Assembly (NCBI GenBank): GCA_965279375.1 | Contig: OZ257156.1 | Coordinates: 128,001 to 192,000 of the forward strand | Source of the DNA: Gemmatimonas sp. | GTDB lineage: Bacteria; Gemmatimonadota; Gemmatimonadetes; Gemmatimonadales; Gemmatimonadaceae | Length of the DNA stretch: 64,000 bases | Direction: 5' to 3' | Part shown: positions 1 through 9,272 of the stretch, piece after piece | Numbering within the stretch: position 1 is the stretch's first letter | Layout of the letters: every line of letters starts with the position of its first letter | Notes under the pieces: generated by a model | Databases searched by the model: none | What the model was told of the DNA's origin: nothing | What the model saw: the letters and a program-made list of their open reading frames with translations, nothing else | Translations under genes and position numbers: made by a program

Positions 1-1178
1 AGCGGCGGTCGGCCACGGCCCCAGTCACCATAGCCGTCGCCGGCCGCGACGCTGTACGGTTGGCCGCGCTGCAGCGCGAGCTTGGCGCTACGGTGCAACT
101 GATGCACGCCGACGCCGGCGACGACGCGAGCATCGACGCGATGGTCTCTCGCGCGCGCGTAGTCGTAGCGGCGGCGTCACCGTACATCACGAACGGCGAA
201 TCGACGCTGGCCGCGTGCGCGCGCCAGGGCGTGGACTACGTGGACATCTGCGGCGAGCCCGCACATGTGCGGCGCATGATCGACCGCCATCACGGCGCAG
301 CGCAGGCATCCGGTGCGAAGCTGGTGCCCATGTGCGGCTTCGATTCCGTGCCGTCGGATCTCGGTGTGCAACTGCTCGTCGAGCACTTCGCCGAGCGGGG
401 CACGACCGTGCGTGACATTCGCGCGTTGTATCGGTGCGACGGCAGCTACAACAACGGCACGATCGAGTCGGCACGCGAACTGTGGAAGCGCCCGGGCGAT
501 GTCGAGTTGATGCGCGATCCGTTCCTGCTGAACGCTGATTCAGCGACTGCTCGCGACGGAACGCGGCACGCCGACCCGCAGGTCGCCGAGCTCGATGCGG
601 ACGTGCAACGATGGGTGGCGCCGTTCTGGATGGGGCCGATCAACACGCGCGTCGTGCGCCGCAGTGCGTCACTCGCGACGCTGCGCGGAGATCCATACGG
701 CGCAGACTTCGGCTATCAGGAGTACTGGGACCCGGGCGGTACGTTCAACGCTGCAACGGCAATGAGCGCCGCATGGGGCTGGAGTGCGTGGCACGCCATG
801 TCGCGCGTGCCGGGTGTGGCGAATGCGCTGTCCACCACGCTGAGCCCAGCGATGGCCGCGGCCGCATCGATGATGCATCGCAACAGCGGATGGCGTGCGC
901 TGTTCATCGGCACGGGCGCCAATGGCTCACGCGCCTGGGCCAAGCTCTCCGGAGAGGGCGATCCCGCCAACGCGGCGACGGCGATGATGGCTGGTGAATC
1001 GGCGTTGGCGTTGGCGCTCGATCGCGTATCGCTCCCAGGTGGCGATGCACGTGCCGGCGTGCTCACGCCCGCCGACGCGCTCGGCGGCGTGCTGCGCGCA
1101 CGACTCCAGCGCGCGGGGATGCGCGTGGAGTGTCCGTCGCAACCGTCGTGGACGCGCCTCGCGCGGATGGACGACTAG
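1..1178 (+). CDS. Saccharopine dehydrogenase-like / trans-acting enoyl reductase family NAD(P)-dependent oxidoreductase (5' partial)
   Basis: Frame is open to the window edge (…VTIAVAGRD…); family motifs DYVDICGE, CGFDSVPSDLG, GPINTRVVRRS, GVLTPA. Confidence 0.8.
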   Translation, partial: RRSATAPVTIAVAGRDAVRLAALQRELGATVQLMHADAGDDASIDAMVSRARVVVAAASPYITNGESTLAACARQGVDYVDICGEPAHVRRMIDRHHGAAQASGAKLVPMCGFDSVPSDLGVQLLVEHFAERGTTVRDIRALYRCDGSYNNGTIESARELWKRPGDVELMRDPFLLNADSATARDGTRHADPQVAELDADVQRWVAPFWMGPINTRVVRRSASLATLRGDPYGADFGYQEYWDPGGTFNAATAMSAAWGWSAWHAMSRVPGVANALSTTLSPAMAAAASMMHRNSGWRALFIGTGANGSRAWAKLSGEGDPANAATAMMAGESALALALDRVSLPGGDARAGVLTPADALGGVLRARLQRAGMRVECPSQPSWTRLARMDD

Positions 1179-1209
1179 CCTCCATCCGCACGAGCGCGAG
1201 CGTGCCTGG

Positions 1210-4200
1210 CTAGCCTATGGCTAGATCGCCTCGTGAGGCAAGGCTCGAAATCGGCTTGTCGCTCTCGGACGGCGGCGGCGCATCGGCGCCAACGTACCAG
1301 GACTCGTCCCACGACTGCGCCATCGGGAAGATGCGATCGGACTCGGTGCCCGTCGCGCCGCGCCAGATGGCGTAGTCAGGCTTCTGCGCCGTGCGGGCCA
1401 ACTCGTTGAACAGCGCTTCCCGCTGCATCCCCGCGCGGTCACGCGCCAGCCGCACGAGATCCTTCATGATGTCCAGTCGCGCCAGCATGTCATGTCGGAC
1501 GCGCTGCATGAGCATGTCGAGCGACTGCGAGTCAAGCAGCGAATCAGCGTCCGTGGTCGCGGTAGATCCTTTGGTTGAACGCAGCGCGTCCGACGACGTC
1601 CCTTCATCCGCTGCCGTCGTCGGCGCACTCCGCAGCTGTTCCTCCGAGCGTTGCAGCAGCGACACACGCTGCTCAAGCGTCGCACGCGTGGTGCGATCGA
1701 TGTCGGCTCGGGCCTTGAGTTCGGCTTCGGTCTCAGCGTCGGCGTGGCGGTGTTCCGACGCGTCCGGCATCAAGCCGAGCACCCCTTCGAGCGCCGCGTA
1801 CTCGTCGTGCACCATCTTGAGCAATCGCACGCGCGCGTCGCTGGCGTGCACAGAGGACGGGTGATAGTCCGCTGGTTTGTTGGGCGCATCCGCCACACCA
1901 AGCACCTGCTGACTGCCGATCGCCGCCACCGTCTCCAGAAACGCGAGACGCGCGTGCGCCAGTTCGGCCACAGAGATCGGCTTGGCGCCCGGTGCGAGCT
2001 GCGTGACGGGGTGCGAATTGTGCACCAGATCGGCGAGCGCCTCCCAGCACTTTTCCATCTCGGACCATTTCTGCGTAAAGTCGCGCGCGCTGGCGACCAT
2101 GGAGGACGCCTTGCGCATTCGCGGCTCGCCCGGTCGACGCCCAATCTCCTCGACGATGCTGTCGAAGAACTCGTTCTCGATCGTCGCCACACTTGGCTTG
2201 GCCACGCCAGCGAGCCGCGCTTCGAGACGCGCTTCCAGTCGTCGCCGCTCCTGACGCCACCGTGCGTTCTCGCTCCAGTTGCCCCACTCACGCGAAAGCA
2301 CCGACTCCAGCACGGACTGTGGATCGAGCGCTGTCAGCGCCTTCGATGCCTCGATTGGCTCCCGCTGTTCAGACGCGGCGGCGGCATCGCCGAGATCAGA
2401 CGGCAAGACGAGATACTGCGCGCTCAACGGCTCGCTCGCGAACGCCCCTTCCTGCGCCGCACGGCTCAGGCGGCGCGCGTCGCCCTGATCGAGCATCTCC
2501 ACGGCGCTGTCGCCCACGCGACGTGCAGTCGAGACATCGTTCAGGTAAGTCGGACGCGATTCGCCGGTCGTACGCCAACCGTACTCGCCCGCGCGATAGC
2601 CGAAGTTCTCACCAAGCGATTCGTCGAGCGTCACCGACATCCAGAACGGACGTTGCGGCTGCAGGCCGTACACGATGCCTGGCTCGCTGGTCGTGAGCTT
2701 GCGCGCCACAAGGCCGAGCATCTGCACGATGGGCTGCGTGGGATACTCGTGAATGCGCACCGTCAGCGGCTGCTCGATCTCGCGCAGGTCGAACACTTCG
2801 CTCAGCGTACGCTTCACGCGAACGAGCGACTGATAGCACGCACGCTCCGGGCTCGCGACATCGCGATACTGCTTCATCGTGTAGTACGAAATCGGCATGC
2901 CGTTGCCGAGCAATTCGAGCGCGAGCCGCCGCCCTTCGTCGAGCATACCATGCGAGTCGTCGCTGATGTCGGTGTCGGTCGGCGCGACGTCCGGCTTGAT
3001 GCGCCCGCGCAGCGCCTGCTTCCGGCGCAGCTCCGTCTTGAGGAGGTTTCCCCACGTATCCGCGATCGCGCGCCATTCGAGTTCATCGCTCAACTCCACG
3101 GCGCGCCCCTCCTCGATCTCGAGCAACGTGCGGCGCACCGCCTTCTCGCCACGCCCCAACACTGGAATCACTTCTGCTTCCAGCTTGAGCAGCGGCTGCG
3201 TGCTCTCTTCAGCGGGTCCATCGTGCGACATCCAGAGATTGTCGGGCACATGGAACTGCGCGTTGGTGGTGGGAATGCCCAACACCTCCGTGTTCGCTGC
3301 GGTGGCGGTGGGATTGTCCACGAACGTGAACGCCGGCACCACCCCAACCCCCTTGAGCACCCACCGTCCAGCCACCTGCTCCTCGCGGCGCACAGGAATC
3401 AGAAACGAGAGCTCGTACTCCGCCCAGTCGCCGATGTTGTCGTTGGTGGACGTGACGTCACCGAAGTTCGTTGCGGTGAGATAGACGTGCGCGAAATCGC
3501 CTGCCGTGGATGGGCTCCAGAGACTCAGCCGCGCGCCGTTGCGCTCTGCAGCACCATCCGCAAGCGCCTCGTTGAACGTGCTGTCGAGGAACTGCTGCAG
3601 CTTGGCGCGCTCGGCCAGCAGCGGCATCACGCGCACCGTGGTATCGGCGAAGTGGAACGCGCCCGCGATGGTACGGTTTGCCGCGCCGAGCGAGGTGTTG
3701 AACAGCTTGGCGACCTTGGGAGTCTGGTCCACCGTCAGCGGATACGTACGCCCGCTGTTGTCCACCCATTCGCCGCTGTGCGAGCGCCACGCGATGTTCT
3801 CACCCGGCTCGTACACCATGTCCACGTTGTACCAGAGCGGCATCACCGGCTTGAGCACGGCGATGTCGCACCCCGTTCCCGCCCACTGCTTCTCCACTTC
3901 GAGACCGAGCGTCTGTACGATGGGGAGCGAGGGCCAGCGATGCATCACCACCGAGTAGCCGCCCGACAGATCGCCAGCCATCAGCCGCTCCTCGCCGAGC
4001 AGGCCGCCGCCGTTGAAGCCGGTGAAGCGCATCGGGCCGTTGGTTAACGCCTGGTAGCAGTACTCGTCCGGATTTTCCGCGCGGCGGAACTGCTTCAGGT
4101 TCATCGTATTCGCGTAGAGGTTCGGCTTGGGCGGGAAGGCCATGGTGGCCATCTTGTTCATCATCGCGAGGTAGTTGTCCGCGCTCGCCCCCGGGTGTGT

Positions 4201-4908
4201 TGGCAGCACACCCAGCCCCGCCATGATGCCGACCACGTCACGCGACATGCCAGCGACCGCGTTGGCCATCTTCGCGGCCACGTTCCACGGCGCAAACGGT
4301 TGGCTCGCATCGAACGGCAGCCGCAGATGCGAGATGGGCGCCTCGCGCTCGACTTCCAGCAGCGTCTGCATTTCCAACCGCTTAGCCGAGTAGAGCTCGG
4401 AGAACACGGCCGTCTTGATGCGCGCTTCGGTGACGGGCGCCTGGGCATTGCGCACCCAATCGCTGTCTGCCGCTTCGAGGGAGGCGGTCGTCTTGGGCCA
4501 GCCGTACACCGTGCGGCCGGTGGTCATCGAGATGTCGTCGTCCACGTAGATGTACGGCGAGAACGATGCCCAGTCCTTGAAGACGTACTTGCCATTCACC
4601 AGCTGATACCACTCGAGCGGCACGTTGAAGAGAATCTCGCGCTGCGCCAGCCAGCCGTAGTTGCCGATCTCGATCGACATGCGGCCGTAGTCCAGAATCA
4701 TCAGCTGGACGTACGGCGCCGGCACACGAAACCATCCGAGCTCTTTCGGAATGATGTTCAGGTAGCTGTCCACGAGGCGCTGCAGTGAGCCGAGACTCGC
4801 ACGCAGGGGAAACATGCGCGCCGACATCCCCTCGAATGGGAAGGGTGGCTTGACCGGCAGGGACGCACCCGGCAGGTCCGCAAACTTCGGCATCTCGGTC
4901 CACGACAT
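1210..4908 (-). CDS. Large protein with two tandem acetoacetate-decarboxylase (ADC)-fold domains and a C-terminal helical region
   Basis: ADC-type motif YIYVDDDISMTTGRTVYGWPK; internal duplication (LKQFRRAENPDEYCYQAL vs MKQYRDVASPERACYQSL; PSLPIVQTLGL vs PTQPIVQMLGL); GAGG RBS upstream. Confidence 0.7.
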   Translation of the reverse strand: MSWTEMPKFADLPGASLPVKPPFPFEGMSARMFPLRASLGSLQRLVDSYLNIIPKELGWFRVPAPYVQLMILDYGRMSIEIGNYGWLAQREILFNVPLEWYQLVNGKYVFKDWASFSPYIYVDDDISMTTGRTVYGWPKTTASLEAADSDWVRNAQAPVTEARIKTAVFSELYSAKRLEMQTLLEVEREAPISHLRLPFDASQPFAPWNVAAKMANAVAGMSRDVVGIMAGLGVLPTHPGASADNYLAMMNKMATMAFPPKPNLYANTMNLKQFRRAENPDEYCYQALTNGPMRFTGFNGGGLLGEERLMAGDLSGGYSVVMHRWPSLPIVQTLGLEVEKQWAGTGCDIAVLKPVMPLWYNVDMVYEPGENIAWRSHSGEWVDNSGRTYPLTVDQTPKVAKLFNTSLGAANRTIAGAFHFADTTVRVMPLLAERAKLQQFLDSTFNEALADGAAERNGARLSLWSPSTAGDFAHVYLTATNFGDVTSTNDNIGDWAEYELSFLIPVRREEQVAGRWVLKGVGVVPAFTFVDNPTATAANTEVLGIPTTNAQFHVPDNLWMSHDGPAEESTQPLLKLEAEVIPVLGRGEKAVRRTLLEIEEGRAVELSDELEWRAIADTWGNLLKTELRRKQALRGRIKPDVAPTDTDISDDSHGMLDEGRRLALELLGNGMPISYYTMKQYRDVASPERACYQSLVRVKRTLSEVFDLREIEQPLTVRIHEYPTQPIVQMLGLVARKLTTSEPGIVYGLQPQRPFWMSVTLDESLGENFGYRAGEYGWRTTGESRPTYLNDVSTARRVGDSAVEMLDQGDARRLSRAAQEGAFASEPLSAQYLVLPSDLGDAAAASEQREPIEASKALTALDPQSVLESVLSREWGNWSENARWRQERRRLEARLEARLAGVAKPSVATIENEFFDSIVEEIGRRPGEPRMRKASSMVASARDFTQKWSEMEKCWEALADLVHNSHPVTQLAPGAKPISVAELAHARLAFLETVAAIGSQQVLGVADAPNKPADYHPSSVHASDARVRLLKMVHDEYAALEGVLGLMPDASEHRHADAETEAELKARADIDRTTRATLEQRVSLLQRSEEQLRSAPTTAADEGTSSDALRSTKGSTATTDADSLLDSQSLDMLMQRVRHDMLARLDIMKDLVRLARDRAGMQREALFNELARTAQKPDYAIWRGATGTESDRIFPMAQSWDESWYVGADAPPPSESDKPISSLASRGDLAIG

Positions 4909-4935
4909 GATCGGCGCGTCCTCGGTTCGTACTGG

Positions 4936-5982
4936 TCAGGAGCGAGTGAGAACCCAACGAGGCAACGCTTCGATGAAGCGCTTGTCCCGCGAGTCCGGAA
5001 GCTGTCCATACGTCTGCTCAAACTCGGCGTACGCTGCACCGGCGAGTCCGTGCGCCACCTGACGCGCGTACTCGATGCATTCGTACGCCTCCATGCGCTC
5101 GAACACCCACGCCACATCCGCGGCGCTGCGCACGTCGCGCGGCTGCCCCAGGAATGCGGCCAGTCGCGCGCGCTCATCACCGGTGCCCTGCTCCATCAGG
5201 CGGATCAGCATCAGCGTTCGCTTGCCTTCGCGGATATCACCACCCAACTCCTTCCCGTAGGACTCCGCATCGCCCACGAGATTCAGCAGGTCGTCCTGGA
5301 TCTGAAACGCGGCTCCGACAAAGAAGCCAAAGCGAATGAACGGCTCGACGTCCACCATGCCCGCCGAACCGATCAGCGCACCAACGCGACTCGGATGAAT
5401 CGTCGCCAACCAGCACGTCTTCTTGAGCACCATCTCGAGATAGTCGCGCTCGGTCACGTCGATCGCGTTGTCGCGACGCCAGCCAAGTTCCAGCGCCTGC
5501 CCCTCGGCGGACTCACGCGCCATACGCTCGGTTTCTTCGACGAGACGCAACGCGAGGTTCTGACCGAGCACGTGCTGGTTGTCGAGCAGCGGTCGCATCG
5601 CCAGCATCGAGAGCATGTCGCCCGCGTTGATTGACAGCGGAACGCCCTGCATCATGTGCATCGTCGGTCGGCCGCGTCGTTCCTCGCTCTCATCCTGAAT
5701 GTCATCGTGGATGAGCATCGCGTTGTGCAACAGCTCGATGGAGACCGCGGTGCGCAACGCGAGATCGGCATTGCCGCCGAATGCGCGCGCCGTGGCAATG
5801 CACAGGCTCGGACGAAAGCCACGCCCGCCGCGCTGCGGATAGTCCACAAGCAAATCGTACAGGTAGCGACGCGGTTCCATGTCCGGCAGATACTGAAAGA
5901 GCACACGACGGGTCGCGTCCCCGTACTCCTGCAGTACCGCAGGCACGAGCTCCTGCTCCGCCCGCGTCGCCGTGGCAATCAC
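4936..5982 (-). CDS. Polyprenyl (probably geranylgeranyl) diphosphate synthase
   Basis: FARM HDDIQDESEERRGRPT, KKT, SARM FQIQDDLLN, DIREGKRT; start placed at GTG 5982, just after the upstream stop at 5988. Confidence 0.9.
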   Translation of the reverse strand: MIATATRAEQELVPAVLQEYGDATRRVLFQYLPDMEPRRYLYDLLVDYPQRGGRGFRPSLCIATARAFGGNADLALRTAVSIELLHNAMLIHDDIQDESEERRGRPTMHMMQGVPLSINAGDMLSMLAMRPLLDNQHVLGQNLALRLVEETERMARESAEGQALELGWRRDNAIDVTERDYLEMVLKKTCWLATIHPSRVGALIGSAGMVDVEPFIRFGFFVGAAFQIQDDLLNLVGDAESYGKELGGDIREGKRTLMLIRLMEQGTGDERARLAAFLGQPRDVRSAADVAWVFERMEAYECIEYARQVAHGLAGAAYAEFEQTYGQLPDSRDKRFIEALPRWVLTRS

Positions 5983-5987
5983 GCGCG

Positions 5988-6779
5988 CTACCCGCCGATC
6001 GGCGCAAGCTGCACGGTGATCTCGCCGCGTCGATTGCCGCCGCCGTCGAGTACTGGCCCCGCGTACGTGCCGGCAGGCTGCGTATCGGGCACCGTGACGC
6101 GTACCGTGAGGTGGCCGTTCACGCTCTCCAACGTGACGTCGGTCAGCGAGGGACCCGTCGTCCCCTTCGCCTCGGCGAGCGGCTCCACCTTGAGCAGCAT
6201 GAACTCGGCATCCGGATCGAGCGACACCGAGACTGTGGCCGGCAAGCGCGAGCTGACCTGCACGCTGTGTCGTGCCGAGTTCGTACGCATCGGCGCGCCA
6301 CCCATGCCTGCCATGAACTGATTCATCGCGGCGGCACCACCCGGCACGAACGCCGACATCGAGTCGGTCCACATCTTCGCCATTTGCATCCACGGCGCCA
6401 TCATGGGCCCCATCATCGGCGCCATCGAGCCCCACATGCCCCACGGGTTCGCGCCCTGCCGGTTGTCGCTCATATACGGGTTTCCCACTGATGGTGACTG
6501 ATAGCGCTGCGCCGCATCTCGGCCGCGCGCGATGTACTCGTCGATGACTACGTAGGCCGTGTGCACGCCCCGCTCCACCGCGCCCATCAGCGGCTCCGTC
6601 GCGGCCTCCACCACACGCTGCGCCGTCTTCATGCCGTCCGTGACGATGTGTTCAACGCGATGCGCCATGTCCTGCATCGGAGGCACGACGCCGGCGAAAT
6701 TGCGCTGCCGCACCGGACCTTCTCGCTCCGGTGCGTCGCGACGCATACGCTTGCCGTCCTTCTTCTTGCCTTCGCTCAT
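5988..6779 (-). CDS. Hypothetical protein: amphipathic N-terminus, Met-rich middle, C-terminal beta-sandwich-like domain
   Basis: Fills the operon gap exactly (3 bp after the upstream stop, 5 bp before the next start); C-terminus VRVTVPDTQPAGTYAGPV. Confidence 0.75.
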   Translation of the reverse strand: MSEGKKKDGKRMRRDAPEREGPVRQRNFAGVVPPMQDMAHRVEHIVTDGMKTAQRVVEAATEPLMGAVERGVHTAYVVIDEYIARGRDAAQRYQSPSVGNPYMSDNRQGANPWGMWGSMAPMMGPMMAPWMQMAKMWTDSMSAFVPGGAAAMNQFMAGMGGAPMRTNSARHSVQVSSRLPATVSVSLDPDAEFMLLKVEPLAEAKGTTGPSLTDVTLESVNGHLTVRVTVPDTQPAGTYAGPVLDGGGNRRGEITVQLAPIGG

Positions 6780-6782
6780 TCG

Positions 6783-8984
6783 TCAGGGATGGTCGTAGCC
6801 GATGATGTCTGCCAATCGCGGGAGCTTCGAGAGCGCGTGCGCCGCCAGCTTGCCGGAGATGACCGCCGATTCGATGCACCCGGTATCGAGACCAGTCTGC
6901 GTCCAATCGCCCGCGATCGTGAGGTTGTCAAATGAGCGGTCGAGAGGCGAGAGACGATACTGCGACGTGCCGGGCAGCGATAGGACGTAGCGGTCTGTGG
7001 GATTCACGTTGGCGCGAATGTACTGCGTATCGATCGCGTCCGACGTAACGGCCTCGCTCGAGGCCGCCGCTGGGCCAGGCGACGCCGTGCCCGCTTCGGT
7101 GTCCACCAGCAGTTCCCATCGAAAGCCCCCAACGGCGCGCTGCGACTTGGGCCAGAGCGCGCCGATGTCCCGGTCGAGGAACTGCTGGGCGTTCGCTCGC
7201 ACCACCGCATTCTGACGCGACTGCAACCCGGAGTCAGGTAGCCCACCGGCTTCGTCGGGCAACACGCTGCAGAAGTAGGCCACGGATCGCACGTCGGCGT
7301 GCCCCTCCTCGGGGATGAGGTGCGACATGTCCGCCCACGTGTCGAACGGCTCCACGAAGCCGGAGATGTTCACTCCGGGATGCTGCCAACCCAGTGTTGT
7401 CACATCCTCCGCCACCCAGAGCTGCAACGCCTGTGTCTGCACCGTCTTCACCTGCTCGACCATCGTCTTCCAGCGCGGCGAGCTCGCGATCAACTCGCTG
7501 GCCACATGCGGCAGCGCCGCGATGCTGACGCCCACGACGACATAGTCGAAGTCGTCCACCACCTGGAGCGTGCGCGTCCCATCGCGTCGCGCTTCCCAGT
7601 GGCTTTCGAACGCGCGCCCCTCCGCCTGCAACTTCTTTCCCGACACCAGCTGCGAGTAGTCCGGCGCGACCGGCCAGCACGGGACCTGATTGACCGTCAC
7701 CAGCGGCTGATACTCGCCGCCGCCTTTCACGCGCGCCTGCACGTCGAACTCGAGCCGCTCCACGTACGGCGTCTCACCCCGCTCCGCCGGCGCCAACCCG
7801 ATGTTGGTGAGGCGGTGGAAGAACTCGAACTTGGCCCCGCGCGCCTTGAGCACCTGATAGAGCGGCGAGAAGACGACGTCTCCCATGCCGGCATTCATGC
7901 GCCAGAACAACGAGCCGCGATAGGTGAAGAACATGCGCATCGCGCCACGCAGCGCGACGCCTGCGGCGAGTCGCGGGCGCTCGACGTCGCCATCTTCGTA
8001 GGCGAAGGCGAGATCGTAGATGCCGCGCATGAACCCCGAATCCAGCGACTGCTCCGACGCCCCGTGCTTGCGCAGCCAATCGCGCCAGTCGTGGTCGTTG
8101 ATCGCATCGAAGCCGCGCGGATCGAGCGCGAGGCCGTGCATCGTCGACCCACGAATGATCGCGATGATCAGGTCGGCCACCTGCCACAACCGTCGCACCT
8201 CGGTGTCGCCGCTCGACAGACGCGTCAAATGCGAGCACGTGGCCGTCGAGAGCGCGTCCAGCAGCTGCAACAACATCGTCGCGCCCTCCCGCATACGCCC
8301 GGGCAGCCACGCATCCATCGCCTGTCTCAGCGCATCCGTCGCTTCGAACAGCGCCGTGGCCGTCGCCAACTCGCCGTAGCGAATGACCCGCGAGATGAGA
8401 TCGGCGATCGACTGACTCGTCGAGCCTTCAGCCGCCCCTGCCGGAGTCTCCGCGTTGGAATTCGCGTTGGCGTTGGCATCCGCTGCGTGCGCCGAACGAA
8501 TCAGCTCAGCAACCAGCATCGCGGATTGCCGCAGATACGACGCGACGGTGAGCGGATTGCCCGCGTCCGGTGGATCACCCGGCAGTCCGCGGCCAGGCGG
8601 GAAGTGCGCCATCCACGTCTCCCACGCGCCGTCGCTGCCGGCCACGCGATCCGTCACGGCCACCAGCGGCGCAGGTGAAAACGCCTCGTCAAATCGCGCC
8701 AAGCGGCAGGTGGCCGGATCGGCGTTTCGCTCGGCGTACGCCTGCCGCATCATGCCGAAGGCGTTCTCGTAGAAGCCCATCCACAGGTGCAGGCCGTGCT
8801 CTTCAATGCGACCGCTCGCCGTGCGTCCCGAGGCACCCTTGCCACCCAGCCGCCACCCCTGCTGGTAGATCGTCACCTCGAACCGCCCGCCGTGCTCCGG
8901 TCTCGTGAGTTCGAACGCCGCAGTCATCGACGCGCAGCCGCCGCCGAGGATCGCTACGCGGATCGGTGTCACACGCTCAGTCAT
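6783..8984 (-). CDS. FAD-dependent oxidoreductase, PDS/ZDS/CrtU/HpnE-like amine-oxidase superfamily
   Basis: N-terminal VAILGGG…LGGKGASGR…IEEHGLHLWMGFYENAF; C-terminal NLTIAGDWT…CIESAVISG; start at ATG 8984. Confidence 0.8.
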   Translation of the reverse strand: MTERVTPIRVAILGGGCASMTAAFELTRPEHGGRFEVTIYQQGWRLGGKGASGRTASGRIEEHGLHLWMGFYENAFGMMRQAYAERNADPATCRLARFDEAFSPAPLVAVTDRVAGSDGAWETWMAHFPPGRGLPGDPPDAGNPLTVASYLRQSAMLVAELIRSAHAADANANANSNAETPAGAAEGSTSQSIADLISRVIRYGELATATALFEATDALRQAMDAWLPGRMREGATMLLQLLDALSTATCSHLTRLSSGDTEVRRLWQVADLIIAIIRGSTMHGLALDPRGFDAINDHDWRDWLRKHGASEQSLDSGFMRGIYDLAFAYEDGDVERPRLAAGVALRGAMRMFFTYRGSLFWRMNAGMGDVVFSPLYQVLKARGAKFEFFHRLTNIGLAPAERGETPYVERLEFDVQARVKGGGEYQPLVTVNQVPCWPVAPDYSQLVSGKKLQAEGRAFESHWEARRDGTRTLQVVDDFDYVVVGVSIAALPHVASELIASSPRWKTMVEQVKTVQTQALQLWVAEDVTTLGWQHPGVNISGFVEPFDTWADMSHLIPEEGHADVRSVAYFCSVLPDEAGGLPDSGLQSRQNAVVRANAQQFLDRDIGALWPKSQRAVGGFRWELLVDTEAGTASPGPAAASSEAVTSDAIDTQYIRANVNPTDRYVLSLPGTSQYRLSPLDRSFDNLTIAGDWTQTGLDTGCIESAVISGKLAAHALSKLPRLADIIGYDHP

Positions 8985-9213
8985 TCGGGTGCGACGGTAG
9001 TCGCAGACGGCGTCGGCACCCGAGCGAGCAAGGGCGTACCGCACAACAGTGCAGGCACCACGTGAACGCGGTGCCCTGGCAGAGATGAATGCATGCGGCA
9101 ATCTGTGACGGCGGTACCGTATCGTCGAGTGCCAATTGCCGAGCTTGCAGACCGGAGTCGAAACGCCTACGGCTGAGTCTGCCGTATTCCCCAGATCGGT
9201 CGGGCCAAACGCA

Positions 9214-9243
9214 AATCGGGGCGCCATTGCTGGCGCCCCGATT
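9214..9243 (-). terminator. Rho-independent terminator after the PQQ dehydrogenase gene
   Basis: AATCGGGGCGCCA-TTGC-TGGCGCCCCGATT 13-bp stem, T-run on the minus strand. Confidence 0.7.
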
Positions 9244-9272
9244 GTCTGTGCGATCACGCCGACCCTGCGCTG

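Noticed and set aside
1651..4047. 798-aa plus-strand ORF, and many similar long antisense ORFs (7299-8678, 10989-12698, 26764-28308, 56460-57902)
   Set aside because: Shadow frames of real high-GC genes on the opposite strand; Arg/His-rich with no motifs
4936..8984. Calling the cluster crtE/crtI (carotenoid) or hpn (hopanoid)
   Set aside because: No phytoene/squalene synthase or cyclase in the window, and the flavoprotein is a distinct longer subfamily
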